Positions 48,162-59,938 of a stretch of DNA of 64,000 bases are shown piece by piece (the first letter of the stretch is position 1; every line of letters starts with the position of its first letter). A program made the translations under genes and the position numbers. Source of the DNA: Oopsacas minuta (taxonomy: Eukaryota; Animalia; Porifera). The stretch lies in contig JAKMXF010000356.1 in the NCBI GenBank assembly GCA_024704765.1, positions 62,001 through 126,000 of the forward strand. Direction: 5' to 3'. The notes below the pieces were generated by a model, which worked only from the letters and a program-made list of their open reading frames with translations, made no database searches and was not told the origin of the DNA.

Positions 48162-49544
48162 CTATAAATATAACTTCTGGTGTCTCACAATGAAGCTAGA
48201 AGCCTCGTCAGCTGAGGAGGTCTTAGTAGGATCACTTATTGAACCATCTGGTAAGCTCCCTGTAATAATATATGATATAAAAGGTGTTAAAATAATCATA
48301 TAACGGAGATAGAACCTGTGGGTAGAAGAGAACTAACCAATGAATACTCCAGGTTTCTCTATACTCTCAAATGCCATAAAGTTAGGCGGGACTATATGGG
48401 CTCGGAATTGGCTACAAGTGTCCAAGGGTCCGCTTGCACCCATCAGTATTCCCTCCTGTATAGCTAGATGGACAGCTGGATTCTGTTTCATAGAAAACGA
48501 ATATAATTGCTCTGTAGGTGATTGAGTGACGTAGACAAGGAACTCTGAAGAGGGTTCAGCTAGTCCCAATGTGTCGATAATATTATCAGCCCTTATATGG
48601 AGACATTTCTTACTGAGCTTGCTCTCTAGCAACACAACGTTACCTATGGAATGAAGGATTGTTAACACTGTTAATTATCAGATTAGATAGTTAGGTACCA
48701 TTCTGTAATGCTTCAAATTGGTTCCCGGAGGTGACAACCTCATTAACACCTTTTTGCAGAGAGCTACTGACCTCCTTCAGGGCTGTATCAGCTGTATTGG
48801 TCTGCATGGGTTTGAAATGTGCAGCTAAATGTTCCTATAGAATATATGGTTTGTTAGGTGTCAAGTGGTGTAACTGAAAAAAAAAAATATCTGAGCGAAA
48901 TATTAATAGACCACTGATAGAAAGTGATAAATGTGTCGACCTATCAGATTCTAACTGTTACGCATTGATAATCAATTGTACAAGTATTGATATATGATTA
49001 ATCTTAACACCTATCTGTACCTTGAGTGTCTGTGCGGGGTTAGTAATTGCTCCTGTATTCAGTGTTCCTATATTGTGTCCTGGGTTAGAGATTGATTCTA
49101 GAATGATATATTTATCTGTTGTTATAGAGGCACTGAACTCACAATCTGGACCTCCTGTACCTCTACATGTCAACAAGCCCCCTGTAGAGTACAAAAAGTA
49201 AACAACACAAACAAACAAATAAACAAACACACAAACAAACCAGCAAGAGATATAAACTGAGTATTATAGCCACAATTCCTAATAGTAAATCTATTAGGAG
49301 CAATACTATTAACAAAAAAGTTCGAGTAAGCATCAAGTATCCCTAGAGAGTCCAAATTCCCATCCGGTAGACACCTGAGGTATTTCCCAGATGTCTTAGA
49401 GAGCAGGGCTACCCGCCTTCCGCTCTGGAACACCTCTAGGGGATTAGAGGGGGTGGTCATCTGTGAGAACTGAGCCTCTCCTGTTTTCAGAGCCTGGTCT
49501 AGCTCCTTTCCGATACTACTCAAATTAGTGTTAGCTTGTCCCAT
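48162..49544 (-). CDS. Fascin-like beta-trefoil repeat protein with MG start, multi-exon
   Basis: Repeats VALLSKTSGKYLRCLPDGNLD, IILESISNPGHNIG, VLLESKLSKKCLHIRADNIID, MAFESIEKPGVFI. Start MGQANT; last exon ends ...HQKLYL* at 48162. Confidence 0.65.
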
Positions 49545-49863
49545 TGATTAGCTAGATAGGTGTGAAATAGGACACATTAAATGCCAGCACTTCGGTAGAT
49601 CAAGGTAACCAAGGAAGTGACAAATGGCAGTTATGTAACAGTTGTGATTGAGGATGTCTTCTACCCTTTGGGTTACATAACAGGATATACATATACATTC
49701 AACTCTTGTTACATCGAAGCTAAAGGGACCGCAATAATTATTTTGATATAGCCGACGAAACATATGCTACTTTGACTGTGTCGGTACCATATGTGTACAA
49801 TGTAACACCTCGATATATGCGAGTATTGCTAGGTGTTTAATGCAGGTGAAAATACAGTAATAA

Positions 49864-52800
49864 TCATTTTGAATTCAAAGAATTATTTCGATCGTATTCC
49901 TGCTGGAATTTCTTATTCAGAGATTTTCTATGTGTTCGGTGTTTGTTCTTCCGTTTATGTACCTAAATATGAGAACATATAAAGGTGTTAAAATTGCACA
50001 TACAAGAAATGGGGCAATGCTAGAGGGGGCAAACAGGGCATTTGAAGGGGTCTAAAATCCTTGTCCTGGAATGCCAGATCCTGGGACTGCCCTGGCTCTT
50101 GGAAGAGGAGGGTATACTGTCCCTAGTTACCATTATACCGTATTGGCATTTATTGATGATTAAGGTGTTAGAATAACTAACCTTTCCTCTGTCTAGTTCT
50201 AAGTCATATTCATAATCAGAATGTTCCTTTTTGTCTTCACAGGTCATAAACTGAAGGACAGATGGTTCTGTATTCCAGGACTTTACTAGAGTACATAGAT
50301 GTAAATAACAACAAACAAACAAACAAACAATCAAACAAATAATAAACAAATACTTACATTTCCCGCCCAATAGTTTAAAGGAGGAATTCTGTAAATCCTC
50401 AACAGTTTCAGCGCTACTTTTGTGAGTATAATTTGTGCTATTTTTAGAAATAGAATGTGTCTCTATTGGTGTGGTATTATTATTCTTGTTTGTGTTGTGT
50501 TCTGGACTCTTTGGTAAGTCAAACACACCCAAGGAATTGCTATCACCCTCACTTTCTATAAAGATTAACAATGAATAAATATCTGTTTGTTTGTTTGTTT
50601 GTTTTGTGAAGTCCAATCCCCTGACCTATGAGACCACTTAACACCTCTTAATTTGTATATAAACATACCAAATAGAATTTTCCTTCTTTTCTTAATGTTT
50701 TTGGGTTTTTTGTTCTTCTTAGAATTCTTATACTCTCTTAACTGATCGTATAAATCCTCTCTAGATGTGAATATACCTCTCTTCAGAGCTTTAGTTATAT
50801 ATTTCTCCATTTCGTCACCTACAGACCGGCTCAATTTCTTCAAAAATCTATTTTTATGTCTTCGAGGGCTCTTGGGGTTGTCCATCTCCCTCTTCTTTGA
50901 TGTCTTGGTCTTCTCCTTTATTACAGGGGTCTTAACTTCATTTTGTTCTATGTTCTTGGTCTTAGGAATGTTCCGTGAGTTGGGTGTGACTACACCAGTG
51001 GGTTTAACACCTCTTACACCAGTGATAGAGAAGCTCCTATTGAGCTGAGGGGTCTCATTTGGAGGAGACTTTTTACTGGAATCCGCTTTATCATTCGGAC
51101 TCTTTTCAAAAGTTAGTCTCAGAGGAGAGGCCTTTTGTTCCTGTGGACTGGTCTCTTGGTTTAGTTTCCTTCGTTTAATTGGTGTATCCTCATCAGCTGA
51201 TTTACCACCTCTGGACGGTTTAACTTTCCTCGCTTCTCTCACTTTATCTGCCACTTCCTCTAACTCATTACTAGGTGACTGTCTCCGTTTCTTATAGAAA
51301 TTGAGATTTCTAGGTAATTGGTTGCTAGGAGATCGGAATGTTTGACATTTGTGTACAGAAGTACTCGATATATCACTAATAGGCTTGTCTGGCTGTTTAG
51401 GGTTTACAACAGCCAGTGGCTTAGTCGTAGTTTCTTTATAGCTATTTATAGCATCATTCTTTCGTGATGTATCCGTTGCTAGGTTAGAGTTCTCTTTATC
51501 ATTGGTGGATTGTTTAAGCGCCATTTTATCCTGAATTAGATTGTTCAGGTCCTCAACTGGAGTTTTGGCATTAGTAGGCATTCCATTCTGGTTGCTATGG
51601 TGATTAAGTTCATTCTTATTTTTATTGGAATTCATTTCTACCAAAACTTGACTATACTTTGCATCAGATTTGAGAGATGAAAGAGAATCGAAAAATGAAG
51701 GATTTGAAATCAGAGTCTTCCCAGGTGATTCTTGAGGACGAGAGGGTGTGTGAGTCGCTGGTGACCCCTGGGTGCGAGATACCGTAGAGGTTGGGATCTT
51801 GTATTTTGATGGGAGGATGTTGGTTGCGGTTTGTCTGGGTTGAGTGTTTGTAGAAAGTGGACTAGGTTGATTAGTTGTAAGACCTATAGGATAATCCCTT
51901 AACACCTAATAAATGAATAATTTGGTTATTTCTAACCTTCTATAGCAAGAGTTGTAGCAGGTTTAGGCTTAGAAGGTGTTATCTAGGAATAGGAAATTTG
52001 AACAAACAAGCAAACAAACAAACAAACAAACAAACAAACAAGTAAACAAACAAACAAACAAACAAACAAGTAAACAAACAACAATACCATCTTATAGAAG
52101 AGTATATAAGCATCAGAGTTCTGGACTATGGATTGTGATACAGGTGCTACATAGCTGTCATTCATCTTATGCCATGCCCCATTAGGAGCTGTTACATAAC
52201 AGTAATAGTGTCCGGAGGAACATGTGTACCCCTGATGTACCAATACAGCATAGAGCTTGTAGGTGACAGGTGGTCCCTATGATAGAGGTATAGTAACAGC
52301 TGTTGGAGGGTGACGACTATGTCAGCTATAAATGTCTCAGAAAAGTGTCGTATGGACTAACCTTCTCTGTCATATACTCTCTGACATCTAGATCAATAGG
52401 AAAACAAATCTTATTTTGTATTTTAATGCCCAGCTGACCACCAAATGAGAATTTCTTAAGATGTATAGTTAGTACTCTTGGTGGACCATGGATAGAGAGT
52501 ATCTTCTTAGCTGATACCTTCTTCTTACACCTGTTAATTAAATTATAATTTCTTTGAAGTAAACAGAATTACAGAAATGCTGCCTCATATATTTATTAGG
52601 TATTTAACTATGGATGGCGGAATCAGGTTATTTTATATATACAAATACACTCCAAACAAGTTAGGACAACATCCAAGCAGATAAACTACGTCCACCATCC
52701 ATGGTTCATTAACTAATAAACATACAGAGGCTTTTCGTAACAACAAAAATAGCTTACTTATCACAATAATAAGAGTTATTACCATCTAATCTATCAGGTA

Positions 52801-54178
52801 GAGTATATTTCTTTAGAACTTCAGGCAAGGTGGCACACCCTTTGATATTCAGGGAGAGGTCAAGCATAGGTTCATAGGTGTCTGATTTGGTATTGCAACT
52901 GAAACAAGTCACCTGACTTCTGACCTTCCCGCCAAATATCTGATGTATTACTGTTGTGCATTTTAGTTCCTGTGATATCCTAGAATAATAAAATCAACAC
53001 TTCATTTAAACCAATCAACTATTGTTACTCACTTGCTTGATACACTCCCTAGACAGCTGTTCTGCATAGCATCAATAAGGTATCTAAGAAATTCATGAGA
53101 ATCTTCCTGTCTCCCGATATGGAAGCTAGGAGCTATGCTCATTAGATGTTGTACTATAGATGTAGGCTTAATGCTGTAGTTAAAATGCTGCTGGGATTGC
53201 ATGTAGTGCTCTTGGAATTTACACATAGCACAGAATCCCTTCACTTTACCTACAAAGTTTATTGAGGAATTGGAAAAAGAGGTATAGACTTGTAATAGGT
53301 GTGAAATTATGAATATATACATATTAAGAGTTCACTACCCTATATAGGCATATACCTGATTAGCATAAATAGAACTTACAAATTAGCTTATGATCTTTCG
53401 AGTAGATATAGTTAGCTAGAGGAGGAGTATAGGTCAAGCACTGTAGGACTGAGTTCATGAAACAGGTGTTTCCTATGTTGTAGAGACCTAATCCGATCCG
53501 TCTAGCTCCTGACCAATCCATTTTCAAGTTATCAGGGTTGTATATAGGCTGAATAGGCTTACTTATTACTGGAACAGCTGATTGGCTACTGTCTGTACAG
53601 ACACCTGTAGTTGAGTCTATCCGTATTAGTAGACCTGTCAGGAAGCAATTTGATAGGTTACACATAACTTGATAAAGTATAAATACCAGTGAAATAGGCT
53701 TAATTCTATTTTTAGAATAAGAACAACCTTCTTTTTCTAGAACCTTTAACTGTTCCTCTTTCTGTTCATAAATAGATTTCTCAGCTGGCACAAATTTTAT
53801 AGTCTCTTCCATCATAGCTCTATATATATGCGTAATAATTAATTATATTTTCGTAAAATTATATCCGTGAGATTTGCTCAAATACGCGAGTCTCACTTTG
53901 GATCCGAGATACCATACATAGCTGTAGCACCCCGAATATTCATTTATTCGTACAATACTATGAGGTATAACAGTATCTAGGGTAAACATGTATAACATAA
54001 CTAACTTGATATTAGCTAGCTCTAAGAGGACAAGAGGATCATCTGTATCCTCATCTAGTCCTGGGACGAATAAATCATCTCCAAATGTAACTACTTTATC
54101 ACTGATTGTGTCTGTAATATGATTGGTGGATTCAGTAACTATACAGCTGTTATTCTCTGTAGGTAGATCTATGTTCAT
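49864..54178 (-). CDS. USP36: Ubiquitin-specific protease of the USP36/USP42 group, multi-exon
   Basis: Cys box GLYNIGNTCFMNSVLQCLTYTPPLANY, GRQEDSHEFLRYLID, His box VHQGYTCSSGHYYCYV...WHKMND. Long basic low-complexity tail with YDLELDRGK|VHKRK; last exon 49962-49864. Confidence 0.85.
52001..52082 (+). repeat. (AAAC)n microsatellite, representative of many intronic copies (e.g. 24160-24240, 39960-40040, 59990-60060, 60855-60893)
   Basis: Directly visible tetranucleotide tracts, mostly intronic. Confidence 0.9.
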
Positions 54179-55097
54179 ATGAATAGCTATATAGTCTGAA
54201 TATAAATTATAGGGGAACAGGGGTACTGGGGTACAGCTGGAGGCCTATTAACACCTCTGATCAGCTGTTGGGTACATTTGATTAACTTAAGGAGTATTGT
54301 GATAATATTAATCATCAAAAAGGTGTGAAAGTGTTAACATTAGAAGCTTATACTACATAGCAACCAGTTATGATATCCCTGCCTCTCTGTGGATATTCAA
54401 ACTTCCTAATATATGTTATAATAAAATGATTCTTACACCCCGTATAGCAACATTTCCCTGATAACTACGTATAACTGAGATCAGAATTATGTATTTTGTC
54501 TTATACCAAGGAATAATATCTGTAAATAACTGTTAAGAGATGTGTTCATATAACAGTATTTGTGAATATATTATGTAAACCATCAGAACAAACAATAATA
54601 ACACATCTAGAAGAGCATTACAATATGAAAGAGATTGTATACAATAGATACCGGTCTTATAGTAGTAATGTGTTCGTATTACAGATATGTGTGTAGAATC
54701 AGTATAAATAATACAGTATTATGAGAACAGTTTTCTATAATACGGCTCCTACATCCAAATGTGTCTAAAGGAAGTGTTCTCATAACCGGCATCCTCTATA
54801 TCCTACATACCAGTTATGAGAACATTATATCCAATCCCGTCTCATAACCGGCATCCTCTGTATTACTATTAAAACATTCCTTTGATATTCAATTGTAACC
54901 AAGGATCTTAAGCTGTTACAAGCTCAGTGTATACAAAGGGCAGCGGTTCCAAAAATGGGCTTGGGGTGCATAGGACCTATGAGAGGGGTCTATATTGGCA
55001 TAATGGGTCCACTTGTAAATAAGTTAGGGACAGATGCCATAAGGGCATAAATATAGGAGACGAAAACCCTCTAAGAAGAAATGATAATTAGATTATC

Positions 55098-55709
55098 GAG
55101 TTCTTATAAATAATAATAAATATATCTATACTGTAGTTTCTAAGCGATCGGGTTGACAGGTGAGTCCTACAAAACTCAGATGGCAACCCGATCACTTTGA
55201 AACATCTGTTCATCTCCACAAAGTGTGAAAATATATCAAATCACTCTCGTCTCTAAGTGGTCAGGTTGACCCATGAGGATCTCAGAGCTCATACGGCAAC
55301 CCGATCACTTTGAGTTGAGAGTGCGATTGGAGATGATTTACAAATCTCAAAATCTTTCCTTCTTAAATAGTCATGAAAACTATAGCCCTGGTAACCAATG
55401 GCAGCCATTGGTTACCAGGGCTATAGTTTTCATGACTATAAAAGAAGGAAAGATTTTTGAGATTTGTAAATCATCTCCAATCGCACTCTCAACTCAAAGT
55501 GATCGGGTTGCCGTATGAGCTCTGAGATCCTCATGGGTCAACCTGACCACTTAGAGACGAGAGTGATTTGATATATTTTCACACTTTGTGGAGATGAACA
55601 GATGTTTCAAAGTGATCGGGTTGCCATCTGAGTTTTGTAGGACTCACCTGTCAACCCGATCGCTTAGAAACTACAGTATAGATATATTTATTATTATTTA
55701 TAAGAACTC
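55098..55709. repeat. 612-bp near-perfect palindrome, single-base loop at 55403
   Basis: Arms 55098-55402 and 55404-55709 differ by 2 adjacent mismatches and a 1-nt indel in a T run. Confidence 0.97.
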
Positions 55710-55944
55710 ATAAAGTCTCCTAACTAATTAGTTCCAGTTTCATAATAATGGGTAGAGATTTTAAATTCGAATTCGAGGAATCAAGCAAATATACTGGGGT
55801 ACCCATTAGCGGACAATACTGGACTGCTCGGCCTCCATTTCCACTAAATATACATGTGTTATAGTTATGTTATAAATATATATGAATAATTTCAAGTAAG
55901 TGATACATATTGTTGTGGTTGTTATGAATAATATCATAACAATA

Positions 55945-57514
55945 TCAGCTGTTCCTCAGTATGTGTGTATACTTAGCTAGCTGTTTCTTCAGTTCTTCTA
56001 GAGTAGCTTCTCTCATAATTATTGTTAAAAACTATAAAACAAACAAACAAACAAACAAACATCTACCGTACTACGCTTTAGTTATTCCTGTCCAGTGAAG
56101 TCAGGAGTGGGGACATTTTGCGGCGTCCCTAGCGTCTCATTTGTGGCGATTATATATAACTAACCTTCCATTGAATAACTTCACAAGAACACAGATCATG
56201 AGTAATCCCGTTACTTAAGTCAATCTTAACAACTTTATGACCACCTGTAGAATAGGTGTTAATTAAGTTAAGTAATAATAGATTATATGATCCCCCTGGG
56301 GTACATGATACAGGAACTATAACTCACATTCTTTATATGATTCAATGAATTCCATCAACAGGTCGGTAAGTGTCTATAATTAGAGTAATAACCAATCTTA
56401 ATTGTTACTAATAATAGAACTACTAACCTCGTATTTCATTGGTTTATACATGAGCTCAGGTCTCCTGCTGAGACCCACGGTACCAAATCTCCCTTCTGAG
56501 AAAATTCCAAGGACAACATGTCTAGTTACGATACAATATATTCAATTTTATTTGACACTATCTCAATTATGAATGTAATCGTTACTACGAATATGAATAA
56601 TACGGAACTTGGAATAATTCATAGTTCCAATTCAAATATACAGACTACTGAAGAGGAGACAGGTCTCTACCCCCGGAGTAACACACTTACCTGTGAGTTT
56701 TGTCCTTAAATTCGGATTTAAATCCAATAACAAACATCTTGAGGTTATCAATAGACGCTAGTAAGAATCTAAAAATAGAAATTTTCTAATCAGCTGACTG
56801 ATTAATATAACAATAACTTACATAGATAGAATAACAGCTTCTAGACATTTGATTGGTAGAGACTCTCTGATAATATCTCTAGCTGTATCTACCAATCTAT
56901 AATATACTAAAAATAGAACAAATCTATAATTAGATTATAATTATCCTACCTACTGATTGGTCTATTCTTTATTACTTCAAAGTATTGCATTCCTGTGTGA
57001 TTATATCTTGTTGTTAAGGAAATTAGAGGTAAGATTGTGATAATAAAATACACAATGGAAGCTCGCTAATAAGAACATATTTTGGACTTCTGTAGTGTTC
57101 ATATTAACGAGGTAACACTGATTAAGTATACGGTATACTCCCGCAGGGTAATCAGGTCAAATATACAATATTAATAGGATACTCTAGCTGTAATAGATAT
57201 TGCTGTATGAGAGATATCTTCTGAGAGAGTATCATTGGTCCTGTGAGTACAGGAGGCTTAGGGAGAGTAGGCTAAAGAAATAGAGCAATTAAATTAGTGT
57301 AACTAATCAGCTGATAATAAATGTATTTACAGATTCTTACAGGTGTTAAGGAATGTGAGCCTCTTATCCTATTCTCAACTGATCTACCATCAGGGTGTCT
57401 CCGTCTCACTCTACTCCATAACTTGTCTACTGAATCAGCTGATAGAGGAAGACCTGATTTGTTGATTAAGCGAATTGATTCTGTGCTGGGACAAGCGAGG
57501 GGGCAATCTCCCAT
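55945..57514 (-). CDS. VASH: Vasohibin (tubulin detyrosinase), about 8 small exons, mostly missing from the ORF track
   Basis: Assembled exons: INKSGLPL...LWSRVRRRHPDG...IRG; LQLE|YNHTGMQYFEVIKNRPI; ESLPIKCLEAVIL (catalytic Cys); R|HVVLGI (His); GLSRRPELMYKP; HKVVKIDL...IQWK. Confidence 0.92.
57007..57182 (-). other. U12-type (minor spliceosome) GT-AG intron in vasohibin
   Basis: Donor GTATCCTATT (57182-57173); branch site TTTCCTTAAC (57022-57013) then AACAAG acceptor with no pyrimidine tract. Splicing restores the conserved LE-YNHTG. Confidence 0.8.
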
Positions 57515-57808
57515 GGAGCTAATCTTGTTTATGTATCTTAAGTAAACAAATATTGAGGACTTGTACCCAATATGAATATTAACACATATTCAGGTCCCTG
57601 TAATGGTTACCTAAGTGGTATTACTCCAGTTATTACGGACACATTTTGAGCGTCCGTTGGTGTTAGTATTAAGGAGATTACAAGTAATTAATACTGCTAG
57701 GTTAAGATGGGACACGAGGCTAGAGATCAGTTACATGTGAGCTCTATAGGAACAATAAATGCTTAAAAGTTATGAAATGGTTGCTACTTGAATTATCTGT
57801 TAAGTATA

Positions 57809-58878
57809 ATGCTGAAAATATTTGTTTGTTTATTATTGTTTACAATTGTGACTGCTAGAAGTCTCAGAAACAACAATAAATATATAATAGTGCTACGTGA
57901 TGGATGCGGTGAGGGAGATATGAAGTATGTAATGAATGAAATACAGCTGTATGAAGGGAAACAGACAGAGGATCTGGAGATGAAGTGTTCTAAAATTATA
58001 TTCCCATTCATTACTGCAGTCTTAAGTGATAATACTGTACACAAGGTTAGTACACAATAGCATAAACAACAACACATTATATTAACATACAAGGATTTTG
58101 TTTGTTTGTTTGTTTACATATTTTGTTTACAGGTATCCCTCCTACCGGTAGTAGACTACATAGAGAAGGACCAACGAGTCCACATGTCCCCTATGGAAAA
58201 TACTACCACCTCCAAAGGGCCCACCTTCGCAGGGCCTACTGATGGTCTACAGCTGTCAACTGACAGATATAACTTGGACATAATTAACAAGCCTACAGAC
58301 GGGTGTAGAAATAACGAATATGATCCTCCAAATGATGGGACGGGTGCTGATATTTATATTATTGATACAGGTATTAATTACGATCACGCAGACTTTAAAG
58401 ATTCTCATGGAGTAACCAGAGCAAAATACGGAGGTTACGATCCAATTATTCCATCAAAAGATGGGGCGGATTGTAACGGGCACGGGTCTCATTGTGCGGG
58501 AATAGCAGGGGGTATAACTAGCGGGGTAGCAAAGAATGCAAACCTGTACAGTATTAGAGTGCTAGATTGCAGTGGAAGCGGGTGGACGAGTGAGATAATA
58601 GGAGGACTGGATCATGTAGCGGGGAGGCATGAAGAGAGGCACCAAGAGTAAGTTTATAAACAACAAACAAACAAACAAACAATATATAGTTAAATTGGTA
58701 AACTTGTTTCAGCTCCAAATGATGTACATCTAAGCATGCAGGCCAGTGGCACAAAGTGTCCAATTCATGGAAATATTTCAATGACAGTTAAAGGCGGTCT
58801 GTGTAGATAAAATCATTAGTAAATATATTGTGTAATCATTCATGTGACAACTGAAACTAGTTTACAACTAACAGCTAA

Positions 58879-58911
<33 letters not shown>

Positions 58912-59701
58912 TAACAAGTGTTTACAATTAACAGTGACATAACTGAATTTAATCCATTCTAGCGCTGATTTTGTGGCTTCTATAGCCAGCATGTCACTTG
59001 GGGGAGGATACAGCAATGCATTTAATAAGGCAGTGAATGATGTGGTAGGCAAAGGGGTTTTCGTAGTGTCGGCGAGTGGTAACGATGGGTTGGACGCTTG
59101 TAACTCAAGCCCCGGATCAGCCACAGACTCTATTAACGTGGGTGCCAGTTCAGAGCCAATCCCTGGATGTGAGAACCCAATAGCATACTTCTCAAACTGG
59201 GGTACCTGTGTTGATATCATAGCTCCAGGCGTGGATATTATGAGTGTTGATTTCAGTAATAACAATGGTAAGTATTGGTTGTTAAGACCCGCCCATTGCT
59301 GTTAAATACAACCCACTCAAAGGAGCGGGATAATCCGAGATATAACCGATGATAAATATGTAACTTTGACGGTTCGTGACCATATTTGTACAATTTCACA
59401 CCTCGATATATCAATTTTCTTTGTAACGGAGTTGTCTGTATCTCTTAACTATACATACACACATTCCAATTATACTTTATCGTAACTAGATTTCACCAAG
59501 TTTTCTGGGACCTCTATGGCATGTCCTCATGTTGCTGGAGCAGTTGCTCTCCTATTAAAGAATGACAAGACACTAACCCCTGCAGAGGTTAAGGAGATGA
59601 TAAGCAATGGTGCTGATGATGTAGATAGGTCAGCTATGACCCCACACATCAGAAATCAATCTACCAGCAAGAGACTCTATGTACCCACTAATTACAGCTG
59701 A
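57809..59701 (+). CDS. Secreted subtilisin-like serine protease (S8, proteinase K-like) with I9-type propeptide, multi-exon
   Basis: Signal peptide MLKIFVCLLLFTIVTA; IYIIDTGI (Asp), DCNGHGSHCAG (His), ASMSLGGG, SASGND, FSNWGTCVDIIAPG, SGTSMACPHVAG (Ser). Confidence 0.92.
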
Positions 59702-59938
59702 TTAACTACCTTTTAATCGTGTTACAATTTGTTGTTATTTACGTATCATAGAGATGTATTTGTAAATATTGTTACCTGAGGATCTGCCCCCCCAGCCCCC
59801 CCCCTATTTATCTAACACCTATCTGTTTATATTATTGTTTTCTAGAAGATTTTTGATAACAAATGTTTTCATACATATGTTGTTGATCAATAAAATGTAA
59901 ATACAAACACACTAATTCAATTATAATTATTTGTTCTT

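Noticed and set aside
51976-52185. ORFs rich in KQTN/FVCL (also 59985-60170, 24017-24208 and tails of many exon ORFs)
   Set aside because: Translations of intronic (AAAC)n/(GTTT)n microsatellites.
55273-55518. 81-aa ORF across the palindrome centre
   Set aside because: By-product of the symmetric sequence; no recognisable protein features.
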